Of a stretch of 64,000 nucleotides of DNA, positions 39,520-51,369 are shown one piece after another. A model generated the notes under the pieces. The model ran no database searches. It saw nothing but the letters and a program-made list of their open reading frames with translations, and had not been told where the DNA came from. Location of the stretch: positions 762,478-826,477 of the forward strand of contig JAPDFW010000022.1 in the NCBI GenBank assembly GCA_028826165.1, read 5' to 3'. Within the stretch, counting starts at the first letter, position 1, and every line of letters begins with the position of its first letter. The stretch is from Anaeramoeba ignava BMAN (taxonomy: Eukaryota; Protista; Anaeramoebae). A program made the translations under genes and the position numbers.

Positions 39520-39955
39520 TTTTAAAAATGAAAATTAAATTTAAATTCATTTTAAAAATAAAAATTAAATTTAAAATCATTTTAAAAATGAAAATTAAAT
39601 TTAAAATCATTTTAAAAATGAAAATTAAATTTAAAATCATTTTAAAAATGAAAAATTAAATTTAAAATCATTTTAAAAATGAAAATCAAATTTAAAATCA
39701 TTTTAAAAATAAAATTTAAAATTATTTTAAAAATGAAATTTAAATTTAAATTCATTTTAAAAATGAAAATCAAATTTAAATTTAAAATCATTTTAAAAAT
39801 GAAAATTAAATTTAAAATCATTTTAAAAATGAAAATCAAATTTAAAATAATTTTAAAAATGAAAATCAAATTTAAAATCATTTTAAAAATGAAAATCAAA
39901 TTTAAAATCATTTTAAAAATGAAAATCAAATTTAAAATTATTTTAAAATTTAAAT
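39520..39955. repeat. ~30-bp tandem repeat (TTTAAAAATGAAAATYAAATTTAAAATCAT) upstream of DBP2
   Basis: Direct inspection. Confidence 0.8.
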
Positions 39956-40189
39956 TGAATTGGATTTAATTTAAGTGTGATTTTTAAAAAAAAACAGCAA
40001 AATTCAAATTACCGTGACCATTTTTTTCAATTTCGTTATTCGAAAATACAACCAAATTGAATATTAATGGAGGCAAAAAAATCAACCATTGGGCCACGTT
40101 AGTTTGAAAATTGCTGAATTTAGAAAAAAAAATTTATTAAAAAATTTATTAATAAATCCAATTCAATTTGAAAAAAAAATATTTTTTAT

Positions 40190-40760
40190 TTTGATTTTAT
40201 ATTTATATTTATATTTATATTTGTATTTATATTTGTATTTAGATTTATATTTATATTTATATGTATATTTGTATATTTGTGTATTTGTGTATTTGTGTAT
40301 TTGTATTTATATTTATATTTATATTTATAATTATATTTATATTTATAATTATATTTATATTTATATTTAGATTTATATTTATAATTATATTTATATTTAT
40401 AATTATATTTATATTTATAATTGTATTTATATTTTATATTTATTTTTATATTTTATATTTATATTTAGATTTAGATTTATATTTATATTTATATTTATAT
40501 TTATATTTATATTTATATTTATATTTATATTTATATTTATATTTATATTTATATTTATATTTATATTTATATTTATATTTATATTTATATTTATATTTAT
40601 ATTTTATATTTTTATATTTTATATTTGTATATTTATATTTTGTATTTTATTTTTGTGTATTTGTGTATTTATATTTATATATTTGTATATTTTATATTTT
40701 ATATTTTATATTTATTATATTTGTGTATTTGTATATTTGTGTATTTTTTGTATGTGTATT
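40190..40760. repeat. (TATTTA)n hexamer microsatellite
   Basis: Direct inspection. Confidence 0.88.
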
Positions 40761-41060
40761 TGTGTTTGTTTTCAATTTTCTTACTGTAATTAGGATTAAT
40801 TTGTGCATTATAAGAATTAAAATAATTAGGATCCATTTAATAAATTATTTAATAAATTATTTAATTATTTAAAAAAAGGAAAAAAAAATGAAAAAAAATT
40901 AAAAAAAAAAATTTTAATTAACAAAATGAGTTTATTTTTTATAATAATTAGTCAAGTGTGACGAAAAATTAAAATAAAAAAAAATTTTTTTTTCTTTTTT
41001 AAATTTTTTCATTTTTCTTTTTAAAAATAAAAAAATTAAATAAAAAAAATAAAAATAAAA

Positions 41061-43472
41061 ATGGAACCAATTGTTTTAACAATAAGTCCAGATCAAGAAC
41101 CAACAGAAATGGAAAGTCTTTGTATGAATTGTATGAAGCAAGGAAAAACGCGAATTCTTTTAACAAGCATTCCATATTTTCGAGAAATTGTGATTTTTTC
41201 ATTTAATTGTGAACATTGTGGATTTGTTTCAAATGAAGTTCAATTTGCAGGAAAATATGAAGAAAAAGGTTGTAAAATAACTTTGAATGTGAATGATGTT
41301 AAAGATTTAAACCGTCAAATTATTAAAAGTGATTTTGCTTCAATCAAAATTCCCGAACTTGATTTTGAAATTCCTGAACAAACTCAAAAAGGTTCAATTA
41401 ATACAATTCAAGGTGTTTTGAAATTGGCTTATTTGGGTCTTAAACAATATTATAAACAAAATGAGTTATCTTCCCCTGATGTTGCTGAAAAAATTCGTCT
41501 TTTTGCTGAGAAATTAAAATCTTGTTCTGACGGAAAACAACCATTTACTCTTATTTTAGATGATATTTCTGGAAATTCTTATATTGAGAATTTGTAAATA
41601 ATACAATTTAATTATTTTATTATTTATTTTATTATTTATTTTAATATTTATTTTAATATTTAATTTTAATATTTATTTTAATATTTAATTTTAATATTTA
41701 TTTTATTATTTATTTTAATATTAATTTAATATTTATTTTAATATTTAATTTTAATATTTATTTTAATATTTATTTTAATATTTATTTTAATATTTATTTT
41801 AATATTTATTTTAATATTTATTTTAATATTTATTTTAATATTTATTTTAATATTTATTTTAATATTTATTTTAATATTTATTTTAATATTTATTTTAATA
41901 TTTATTTTAATATTTATTTTAATATTTATTTTAATATTTATTTTTAATATTTATTTTAATATTTATTTTAATATTTATTTTAATTTATTTTAATATTTAT
42001 TTTAATATTTATTTTAATATTTATTTTAATATTTAATTTAATATTTATTTTAATATTTATTTTAATATTTATTTTAATATTTATTTTAATATTTATTTTA
42101 ATATTTATTTTAATATTTATTTTAATATTTATTTTAATATTTATATTTTTATATTAATATTTATTTTAATATTTATTTTAATATTTATTTTAATATTTAT
42201 TCCAATATTTATTTTAATATTTATATTAATATTTATTTTAATATTTATTTTAATATTTAATTTAATATTTATTTCAATATTTATTTTAGAAATGCTCCAA
42301 AAGAAGATCCTAAAATGAAAAGTGAATATTATAAAAGATCAGAAAATCAAGACAATTTATTAGGATTATATTATAAAGAAGATGAAAAAGAAGATGAAAA
42401 AGAAGATGAAAAAGAAGATGAAAAAGAAGATAAAAAAGAAAATGAAAAAGAAATTGAAAAAGAAGATAAAAAAGAAGATAAAAAAGAAATTAAAAAAGAA
42501 GATAAAAAAGAAATTAAAAAAGAAATTGAAAAAGAAGATAAAAAAGAAAATGAAAAAGAAATTAAAGAAGAAATTAAAAAAGAAATTAAAAAAGAAGATA
42601 AAAAAGAAATTAAAAAAGAAAATGAAAATGAAAATGAAAATGAAAATGAAAAAGAAAAAGAAAAAGAAAAAGAAAAAGAAAAAGAAAAAGAAAAAGAAAA
42701 AGAAAAAGACAAAAAAAAAGATCAAATTAAAGTCGAAATTAATCCAGATAATAAAGAAACCCTGAAACTTAACTCGAAAGATTTCTTCAACAGACCACAA
42801 AAATTAATAATGGATAACGAAACACTAGATTTACTTGAAGAACACTTTGATCCAAAATCCGAAAGTATAGCATTTCCAACAAAATGCCCAGATTGTAACG
42901 CAAATGGAGAATCACGGACATTACTAACACAGATCCCGCATTTCAAAGATGTACTTATCATCTCATTCGTATGCGCAAATTGCGGGTATCGTAGTAATGA
43001 TATTAAAGCAGGAGGGGAAATAAGTGAAAAAGGAGCACGAACCATTTTATATTTGACACAACAAGAAGATTTAAATAGAGACATTTTGAAGTCAGAAACT
43101 GCTGGGATTAAGATTCCAGAAATTGACCTTGAAGTTGTACCTGGAAGTCTTGGTGGGAGATTCACTACTATTGAGGGTATGATCCAGGAAATTCATGATC
43201 AACTTTTTAAATTCAATCCTTTTCTTATTGGTGATTCTGCTCAAGAAGATGAAAAACAAAAATTTACTCGCTTTCTTAATAAGCTCGATGCTATTATTCA
43301 TCAGGATTTCCAACCTTTTCATCTTGTTCTTGATGATCCTTTGAATAATAGCTTTATTTCTTCCCCTTATTCTCCTGATCCAGATCCAAATATGGTTATT
43401 GAAGAATATACAAGAACTGAAAAACAAGATGAAGAATTGGGTTTAAAAGATATGAAAACTGAAAATTATTGA
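41061..43472 (+). CDS. ZPR1: Zinc finger protein ZPR1; exons 41061-41593 and 42290-43472
   Basis: Two ZPR1 modules: ESLCMNC...IPYFREIVIFSFNCEHCGFVSNEVQ...DLNRQIIKS...LDDISGNSYIEN and CPDCNA...IPHFKDVLIISFVCANCGYRSNDIK...GGRFTTIEG...LDDPLNNSFI; ends GLKDMKTENY. Confidence 0.96.
41600..42285 (+). repeat. Intronic 13-bp satellite (TTTAATATTTATT)
   Basis: Direct inspection. Confidence 0.9.
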
Positions 43473-43783
43473 TTGATTTTTTAAATTGGATTTTATTGAT
43501 TTTATTGATTTTTAAATTGGATTTTATTGATTTTTAAATTGGATTTTATTGATTTTTTTGATTGAATTTTATTGATTGATTTGATTGATTTGATTGGATT
43601 TTATTGATTTTTTAAATTGGATTTTTTTCATTTCAGTTTTCACTTCAAATATTTAGATTTAAATTAAATAAAATAGAACAAATTTTTTCTCCTTTTTTAT
43701 TTTATTTTATTTTTTTTTCATTTTTTTTTTCATTTTTTTTTTTCCTCTTTTATTCTCGTTTTCTTTTATTTTTTTTTTAAAAA

Positions 43784-46700
43784 ATGCAATTTGAAGGTTT
43801 TTTTTGGAAAAGAGGTCAAATTCATTTTACTTGGAAAAGAAGATTTTTTGTATTAAAACAAAAAACGTTATTTTATTATACAACAAAAAATGTAAATTTA
43901 AATATTTTCTTAATTCTTTTTATTATTCAATAATTGATACTTTTTAATTCCAATTCGAATATATAATTTCTTTCTTAAAATTTAAATTGATTTCCAATCC
44001 CCCTTCAATTTTGAATCGATTTTATTTACAAATGGAAAATTATTTATAAAATTAATTATAAAATTATTTATAAAATTATTTATAAAATTATTTATAAAAT
44101 TATTTATAAAATTATTTATAAAATTAATTATAAAATTATTTATAAAATTAAATATAAAATTATTTATAAAATTATTTATAAAATTAAATATAAAATTAAA
44201 TATAAAATTATTTATAAAATTATTTATAAAATTATTTATAAAATTATTTATAAAATTATTTATTAAATTATTTATAAAATTATTTATAAAATTATTTATA
44301 AAATTATTTATAAAATTATTTATAAAATTAATTATAAATTTATTTTATAAAATTATTTATAAAATTATTTATAAAATTAAATATAAAATTATTTATAAAA
44401 TTATTTATAAAATTATTTATTAAATTATTTATAAAATTATTTATAAAATTAAATATAAAATTAAATTATAAAATTAAATATAAAATTATTTATAAAATTA
44501 TTTATAAAATTATTTATAAAATTATTTATAAATTTATTTATAAAATTAATTATAAAATTAAATATAAAATTATTTATAAAATTATTTATAAAATTAAATA
44601 TAAAATTATTTATAAAATTATTTATAAAATTATTTATAAAATTATTAATAAAATTAATTATAAAATTATTTATAAATTAAATATAAAATTAAATATAAAA
44701 TTATTTATAAAATTATTTATAAAATTATTTATAAAATTATTTATAAAATTATTTATAAAATTATTTATAAAATTATTTATAAAATTATTAATAAAATTAT
44801 TTATAAAATTATTTATAAAATTATTTATAAAATTATTTATAAAATTATTTATAAAATTATTTATAAAATTATTAATAAAATTATTTATAAAATTAAATAT
44901 AAAATTATTTATAAAATTATTTATAAAATTATTTATAAAATTATTTATAAAATTAAACTTTATAAAATTATTTATAAAATTATTTATAAAATTAAATATA
45001 AAATTATTTATAAAATTAAATATAAAATTAAATATAAAATTATTTATAAAAATTAAATATAAAATTATTTATAAAATTATTTATAAAATTATTTATAAAA
45101 TTATTTATAAAATTATTTATAAAATTATTTATAAAATTAAATATAAAATTATTTATAAAATTATTTATAAAATTATTTATAAAATTATTTATAAAATTAA
45201 ATATAAAATTAAATATAAAATTATTTATAAAATTATTTATAAAATTATTTATAAAATTATTTATAAAATTATTTATAAAATTATTTATAAAATTATTTAT
45301 AAAATTATTTATAAAATTATTTATAAAATTATTTATAAAATTATTTATAAAATTATTTATAAAATTAAATATAAAATTAATTATAAAATTAATTATAAAA
45401 TTATTTATAAAATTATTTATAAAATTAAATATAAAATTAATTATAAAATTAAATATAAAATTAAATATAAAATTATTTATAAAATTATTTATAAAATTAT
45501 TTATAAAAATTATAAAATAAAATTAAATATAAAATTATTTATAAAATTATTTATAAAATTATTTATAAAATTATTTATAAAATTATTTATAAAATTATAT
45601 ATAAATTTATTTATAAAATTATTTATAAAATTATTTATAAAATTATTTATAAAATTATTTATAAAATTATTTATAAAATTATTTATAAAATTATTTATAA
45701 AATTATTTATAAAATTATTTATAAAATTAAATATTAAAATTATTTATAAAATTATTTATAAAATTATTTATTTATAAAATTATTTATAAAATTAAATATA
45801 AAATTATTTATTAAATTATTTATAAAATTATTTATAAAATTATTTATAAAATTATTTATAAAATTATTTATTAAATTATTTATAAAATTATTTATAAAAT
45901 TATTTATAAAATTATTTATAAAATTATTTATAAAATTAAATATAAAATTAAATATAAAATTATTTATAAAATTAAATATAAAATTATTTATAAAATTATA
46001 TATAAAATTAAATATAAAATTATTTATAAAATTATTTATAAAATTATTTATAAAATTAAATATAAAATTATTTATTAAATTAAATATAAAATTAAATATA
46101 AAATAAACTCTTTTTAGGGAACTCAAAAAGGAAAAATTAATTTAAATTATACAGACAAAGTTGGAATTATGAAATCAGTTGAAACACAAGATCGAAAATT
46201 TCCATTTTATCTTCGAACTGAAAACCGAATACTTTTTTGCGATGCAGAAACAGATGAAGATCGAGAATTATGGATTCAACATATAATTTTATCAATTTTT
46301 CAACCAGATTCAACTACAACATTCCCAATTTTCAAGATTCCATGCATTGAAAAAAATCAGAAAATAACATCAAAAAAAGAACAACAAATAGCAAGAACAC
46401 TTGTTATTTGTGGTGTTGATAATTCTATCACTTTGAAACAACTTAAAAATCATTTGGAATCTTTTCTTATTCCAAAATCAAAATCAAAATCAAAATCAAA
46501 ATCAAATTCAAAATCAAAATTAAATTCAGATTCAGATTTAAATTCAAATTCAAATTTAAATTCAAAAAATATTCAAATACAAAAAAATGAAAAATCAAAT
46601 GAAAAATCAAATGAAAAATCAAATGAAAAATCCAAAAAAGAAACACCTTTAATAACAAAGATGAAAAAAATTTACATCTCTAGAAGAAATAGATATTGGG

Positions 46701-47491
46701 TCGCTGTTGAATGTGCGACACCAAGAAACTCGATTCAGATAAAAGATATAGCAACTTATCATAGTTATTATTTAACTCCTAAAAATAAAAAAAGTAGAAT
46801 CCATTTTTCATGCTTCTATCCTAGATGCAGTTATAGCGACTTTGCAAAATGTTCAACAGACTCTCGACCCTCAAACAATATCGACAACTCTTCAGATGTT
46901 TATATCCTCATTCCATCAGGAGAAGTGATTAGTTTCTCAATCGAGAAGAATGAGATTTATAACGACACAGAGATTCTTTCAAAATCAAATATAGGACATT
47001 GCAAACTTTTGCGGCAATTTTTCCCCAAAAGTTACAAACCTAAAGAACTAGTTTATAGTGTTGAAAAATGCGGACATTTTCTTGAGAATTTGGACACGTT
47101 TTGTGTCAACCTTCACACACTTTTAACTGGAAAATCAATTAAAATTCAATTGAAAACTAAGATGTCAAAATTTGACATCAATAGAATTAAATCAGTGTAT
47201 GAGCACTCATTAAAAGAGACAGGAAATGAGTCTCAGGCTCAATTCTCCCGCCGTAAAGAGTTCGAGGATTCTTTATTACAGGCCTGTTATCATCTTCCAA
47301 ATATTTCTGATATTTTTTCACATTTGGAACCAAATGATTGGGAAATTACTCCAAATCCTCGAATTTTAATCGGTTTCTATAATGTTTATGGTGATCATTT
47401 AGATGACCAAATTCCTTTCCAATTTAATGATATGGATGCTTTTCTTATTAATTGGAAAGATGATGATCCTTCTTTGATTTTGGATTTTTAA
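43784..47491 (+). CDS. PH-domain protein with RRM-like segment and uncharacterised C-terminal domain; exons 43784-43891 and 46118-47491
   Basis: MQFEGFFWKRGQIHFTWKRRFFVLKQKTLFYY..|GTQKGKINL...FYLRTENRILFCDAETDEDRELWIQHI is a complete PH fold. RTLVICGVDNSITLKQLKNHL...YWVAVEC resembles an RRM. Confidence 0.78.
44040..46100 (+). repeat. Intronic 13-bp satellite (TTATAAAATTATT)
   Basis: About 2 kb within intron 43892-46117. Confidence 0.92.
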
Positions 47492-47620
47492 CTCTGTTCC
47501 ACTTTTTTTTTTTTTTTTTTTTTGATTCTTTTTTTCTGTTCATTTTTATTTTTTTATTTTGAAAAATTATTTTCTTTTCAAAATAAAAAAATCATTTTTC
47601 TTTTTTCATTTTTTTTTTAA

Positions 47621-49351
47621 ATGTCTTTCTCTCAAAATTCTTTTCAAGAAATTCTTCAAGCAATTCAAAAAAATGATACAAAAAAACTTGAAATTCTTCT
47701 TAAAAAAGATCTTGAAATTCCAGTTTTTATTTCTCAAATTTTTTATAAAAGAAAAATAATAATAATTAAAAATATTTTTTTTTCTAAACAAACAAACAAA
47801 CAAAAGTTATTAAAACTTTTTGTTCTTGCAATTCGACTTGGAAATAAAGAAATTGTTCAAATTTTTATTAATAAAGAATTTGATTTAAATTCTCATGATG
47901 TAAAAAGAAAGAAAAGAAAGAAATATAAATTTTCAATTAATATTTCAATTAATATTTTGCATAAAATTTAGGATGTAAATTATTTATAATAAAATTCATT
48001 TTAAATCAAAAATAATTTAGTTTCTTTTCGTTTTTTAAAAAAAAAGGTTGTAAAAAAATTATTTATTATTTTTGTTTTTATAAAAATATCGATCAATTTG
48101 ATTTATAAATCCCAAATAGAATAAAACACCATTGCATTTTGCATTGGACAATAAAAATGCCAAGGAAGATATTATTAAATTATTAATTGATTCAGGAGCA
48201 AATGTTAATGCACAAACTGTAGAAAACAAAATTTTAATAATTTGTTTTTTTCAATTTAAAAAAAATTAATCAAAAATCCAGAATGTAATTAATTAATTCA
48301 TTCATTGTAAATTCTATTTCAGAAAAGAAACAAAATTTCTTATTAATTCTCATTTTTTTAATAATTTAGAATGTATTTTTGATTTTTATTAATTTTGATT
48401 TAATTAATTAATTAATTAATAATAATAATAAAGTTAATAACTCCTCTTCATTTAGCTTGTCGCAATTCTGTTTCAATTTCTATTATTAAATTATTGCTAT
48501 CATCAAATGCTCAAATTAATCAAATTACAGTAAATAAAATTTATATTTTATTCCACTTTTTTTTTGAACAAAAATTAAAAATCAAAAAAATATACTTTTT
48601 TAGAAAGTAATTTTATTTTGAAAAATAAGGAAAAAGAACTAATCTTTTTAAATCCTCCTATTCATTTTCTTTATTAAATAATAAAGGATGTAAATTTTAT
48701 TTATAATTTTATATTTTTAAAAAACTAAACTTTTCAAAACAAATTTAGAAAAAAACTCCATTACATTTTGTTTGTTTAGCGAATAATATTTCAAATCCAA
48801 TTATAGAATTATTACTAAATTCAGGTGCAGATCCAAATATTCAAGATGTTATTATTTATATAATTTTAAATCAACAGAAAAAACAAAACAAAACAATTAT
48901 TCATAAAATCTATTTTGAATTAATAGGAAGTATTTTATCTATTATATATTTATTATTTTACTTAGTGTTAATTTGTTTTGAAAGCAAGTAAATTTATTTT
49001 TTTATATAGTTTAAATTTCAAATTTAATCAAAAATTCATTCATTTTTGATTAAATTATAGTTATCAACCCCATTCCATTTATATTGCAAAATTAGACCCT
49101 CTTTAGATATTTTAAAACTTTTCCTTAAATTTGGTGCAAATTTGAATTTAAAAGATGTAATTTTCAAATAATTTAATTTTAATTTTAAATTTATATTTTA
49201 TATTTTAAATTTTAAATTTTATATTTTAGATTGTAAATTGAGTTTTTTTTTTTGCAATATTCTTTGCAAATTTTTAATATTTCATTTTTAAAGAATGTAA
49301 ATCAATAAGATCAAAAAAATGTCAAAAAATTTTTTTTATAATTATTATTCT

Positions 49352-49383
<32 letters not shown>

Positions 49384-51288
49384 ATCTATTTTTTCTGTTG
49401 AAATAAAAAGGGAAATACTCCTTTACATATTTCATGTGAAAAAAATGCAGATCCACAATGTATTCTTTTTTTAATAAATTCTGGAGCAAATATTAATGAA
49501 AAAACTGTAAAGAGAAAAATAGGATATTTTTAAAAAAAAACTTCAACTTATAATATTCTTTTTTATTTTATTTTCTTTTAGATTGTATATTCACATTTAA
49601 AAGAAATCCAAAATCTAACAAAATACGATTCATACATTTCATTTTTGTTTTAATAATAAGGATGTAAAATTTTATTATTTGAGAAAAGAAAAATATTTAT
49701 GATTTAATGAATTAATTTATTTAGTCTAGAACACCTTTACATTTAGCTTGTGAAAATGATGTTAATCCAGAAATTGTGAAAGTATTAATTGAAAACGGAG
49801 CAGAAGTTAATTGCGAAGATGTAAATTAATTTTTCTTTAAATTCTCTTTCTTTTTGTTTGTTTCTTGTTTTAAACAAAAGTTCTTTTTAGGCTGTAAAAA
49901 AAAAGAAGAGAAAAAAATATAAATAAATAGAATGATTGTTTAATAAAAGAAATGGAATGGGAAAAAAAACATTGTTTTAGTTTGTAATTTCTTCAATTTT
50001 TTTTAACTAATTCTTTCTTTTATTAATCTTAATTTCTATTTTAGTATGTAATTTAAAAATTTAAAAAAATTTTTTCATTCTTTTAAATGGATTAAAAAAA
50101 AATTCCACATTTTGATTAGAAAAAAAATCCTTTGCATCTTGCTTGTAGAAAAGAAGCAAGTACATCAATAATTGCTTTATTACTTGATAATGGTGCAAAT
50201 CTTGAAAATAAGGATGTAAAAATTTTGAAAATAAAAAGAAAGAAACAAAGAAAAATTGAATTTTTTTTTATTAAATAAATTAATAGTGGGTTTGATTTAA
50301 AAGAAAGAAAGAAAAAAAGAAAGAAAGAAATTTTGACATTTTTTTTACAATAGAAAGTAAAAAAATCAAAAAAAAAAAATAATATAAATGGAATGATTTT
50401 ATTATAAAAAAAAAATTTATTATTTAGGATGTATTTTTATAATATGCAAATTTTTAGAAATTATAATTAAAACAAAGTTCTCTTTTAACCATTTTGTAAT
50501 TTAGAAAGTAATTTTATAAAATGGAATAAATTTTTTTTTTCTTCTCAATTTATTTTTGATGATCAAAACAAAACAAAACAAAAAAATAAACATTTGATGA
50601 AAAGGTTCCATTTGATTTAGCAAATGAAAAAACCAAGAAATTTATGATTTGTTATAATAGTTATGCTCAAGATATGAAGAGATTATCAAAGTTGGATCAA
50701 ACCTGTGATCTTTACATAAAAAATAACGGAAAAACAATAGGATTTCATAAGTGTATTTTAAATGCAAGATTAAAAAAGAAAAAATCAATTGAAGAAATTG
50801 AAAGATATTTTGAGAAAATGAAAGACTCTGATTTATTACTTTTGAAAAGATATATTTATACAGGGTTTGTTGAAGATCAAGAAGAATTTGAACGAGTTGA
50901 AGATCATTTTAAAAAAATGGGAATTGAGGAAAAAATCAAGAAAAACAATAAAGATCAATTAGTGAAAGATATATCGCAACTTTATTATGATCAAGAAAGC
51001 AAAGATTTTACAATTTTGATTGAATCAAGTGAAATTAAAGTTCATAAAGCGATATTAATTGCTAGAAGTGAAATTTATAAAGGAATGTTTTTGAGTGTTA
51101 ATGATGATTCTAATTCTGTTCATGATTATTCTGGAAAAGGAATTGAATCTTTTAATACTTTTATTAAGTTTTTATATTTTGATTCAATTGATTCAGATCA
51201 AAGTGAAATTTTGATGGATTTGGAAGAACTTTATGATTATTATCAACTTAATGAGAATTCCCTTTTGCGTTTTGAACTTGATTTTTGA
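47621..51288 (+). CDS. Ankyrin-repeat plus tandem BTB protein; one ankyrin repeat per exon (47807-47899, 48120-48218, 48434-48529, 48749-48847, 49061-49156, 49411-49506, 49725-49820, 50120-50215), first exon 47621-47722, last exon 50605-51288, plus 19 three-nucleotide microexons
   Basis: Seven 96/99-nt phase-0 exons each translate to xx[T/N]P[L/F]H....I..LL..[G/N]A..N..[D/T]. The last exon starts VPFDLA and contains CDLYI...FHKCILNAR and KDFTI...VHKAILIARSEIYKGMF BTB domains. Confidence 0.9.
47972..50507 (+). other. Array of 19 single-codon (3-nt) microexons: 47972 GAT, 48047 GTT; 48282 AAT, 48370 AAT; 48604 AAA, 48687 GAT; 48927 GAA, 48985 CAA; 49230 ATT, 49294 AAT; 49582 ATT, 49661 GAT; 49891 GCT, 49981 TTT, 50045 TAT; 50287 TGG, 50354 AAA, 50428 GAT, 50505 AAA
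   Basis: Each is [T/A/C]AG|NNN|GT. They divide the gaps between ankyrin exons into 27 introns of 55-114 nt. None is a stop codon, and including them restores the D-x-x-G-x-TPLH ankyrin spacing. Confidence 0.85.
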
Positions 51289-51369
51289 TTTTTGAATTTT
51301 ATTTTCAACAAGATCTTTTTCAAAATCAAATTAAAATCAAAAATGATTTCCATTTTTCAATTTTAGATT

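Noticed and set aside
39970-40130. Short higher-complexity island between satellites, a possible ncRNA
   Set aside because: No recognisable tRNA cloverleaf, snRNA or snoRNA box pattern could be supported by eye.
47723-47806. Read-through of the first ankyrin-gene intron, as in ORF 47621-47971
   Set aside because: An 84-nt GT-AG segment with intron-like A/T runs; treated as an intron, although in-frame retention cannot be excluded.
48962-48969. TAG-T-GT, a possible 1-nt microexon in the ankyrin gene
   Set aside because: It would shift the frame and leave flanking introns of only about 36 and 18 nt, below the size seen elsewhere.
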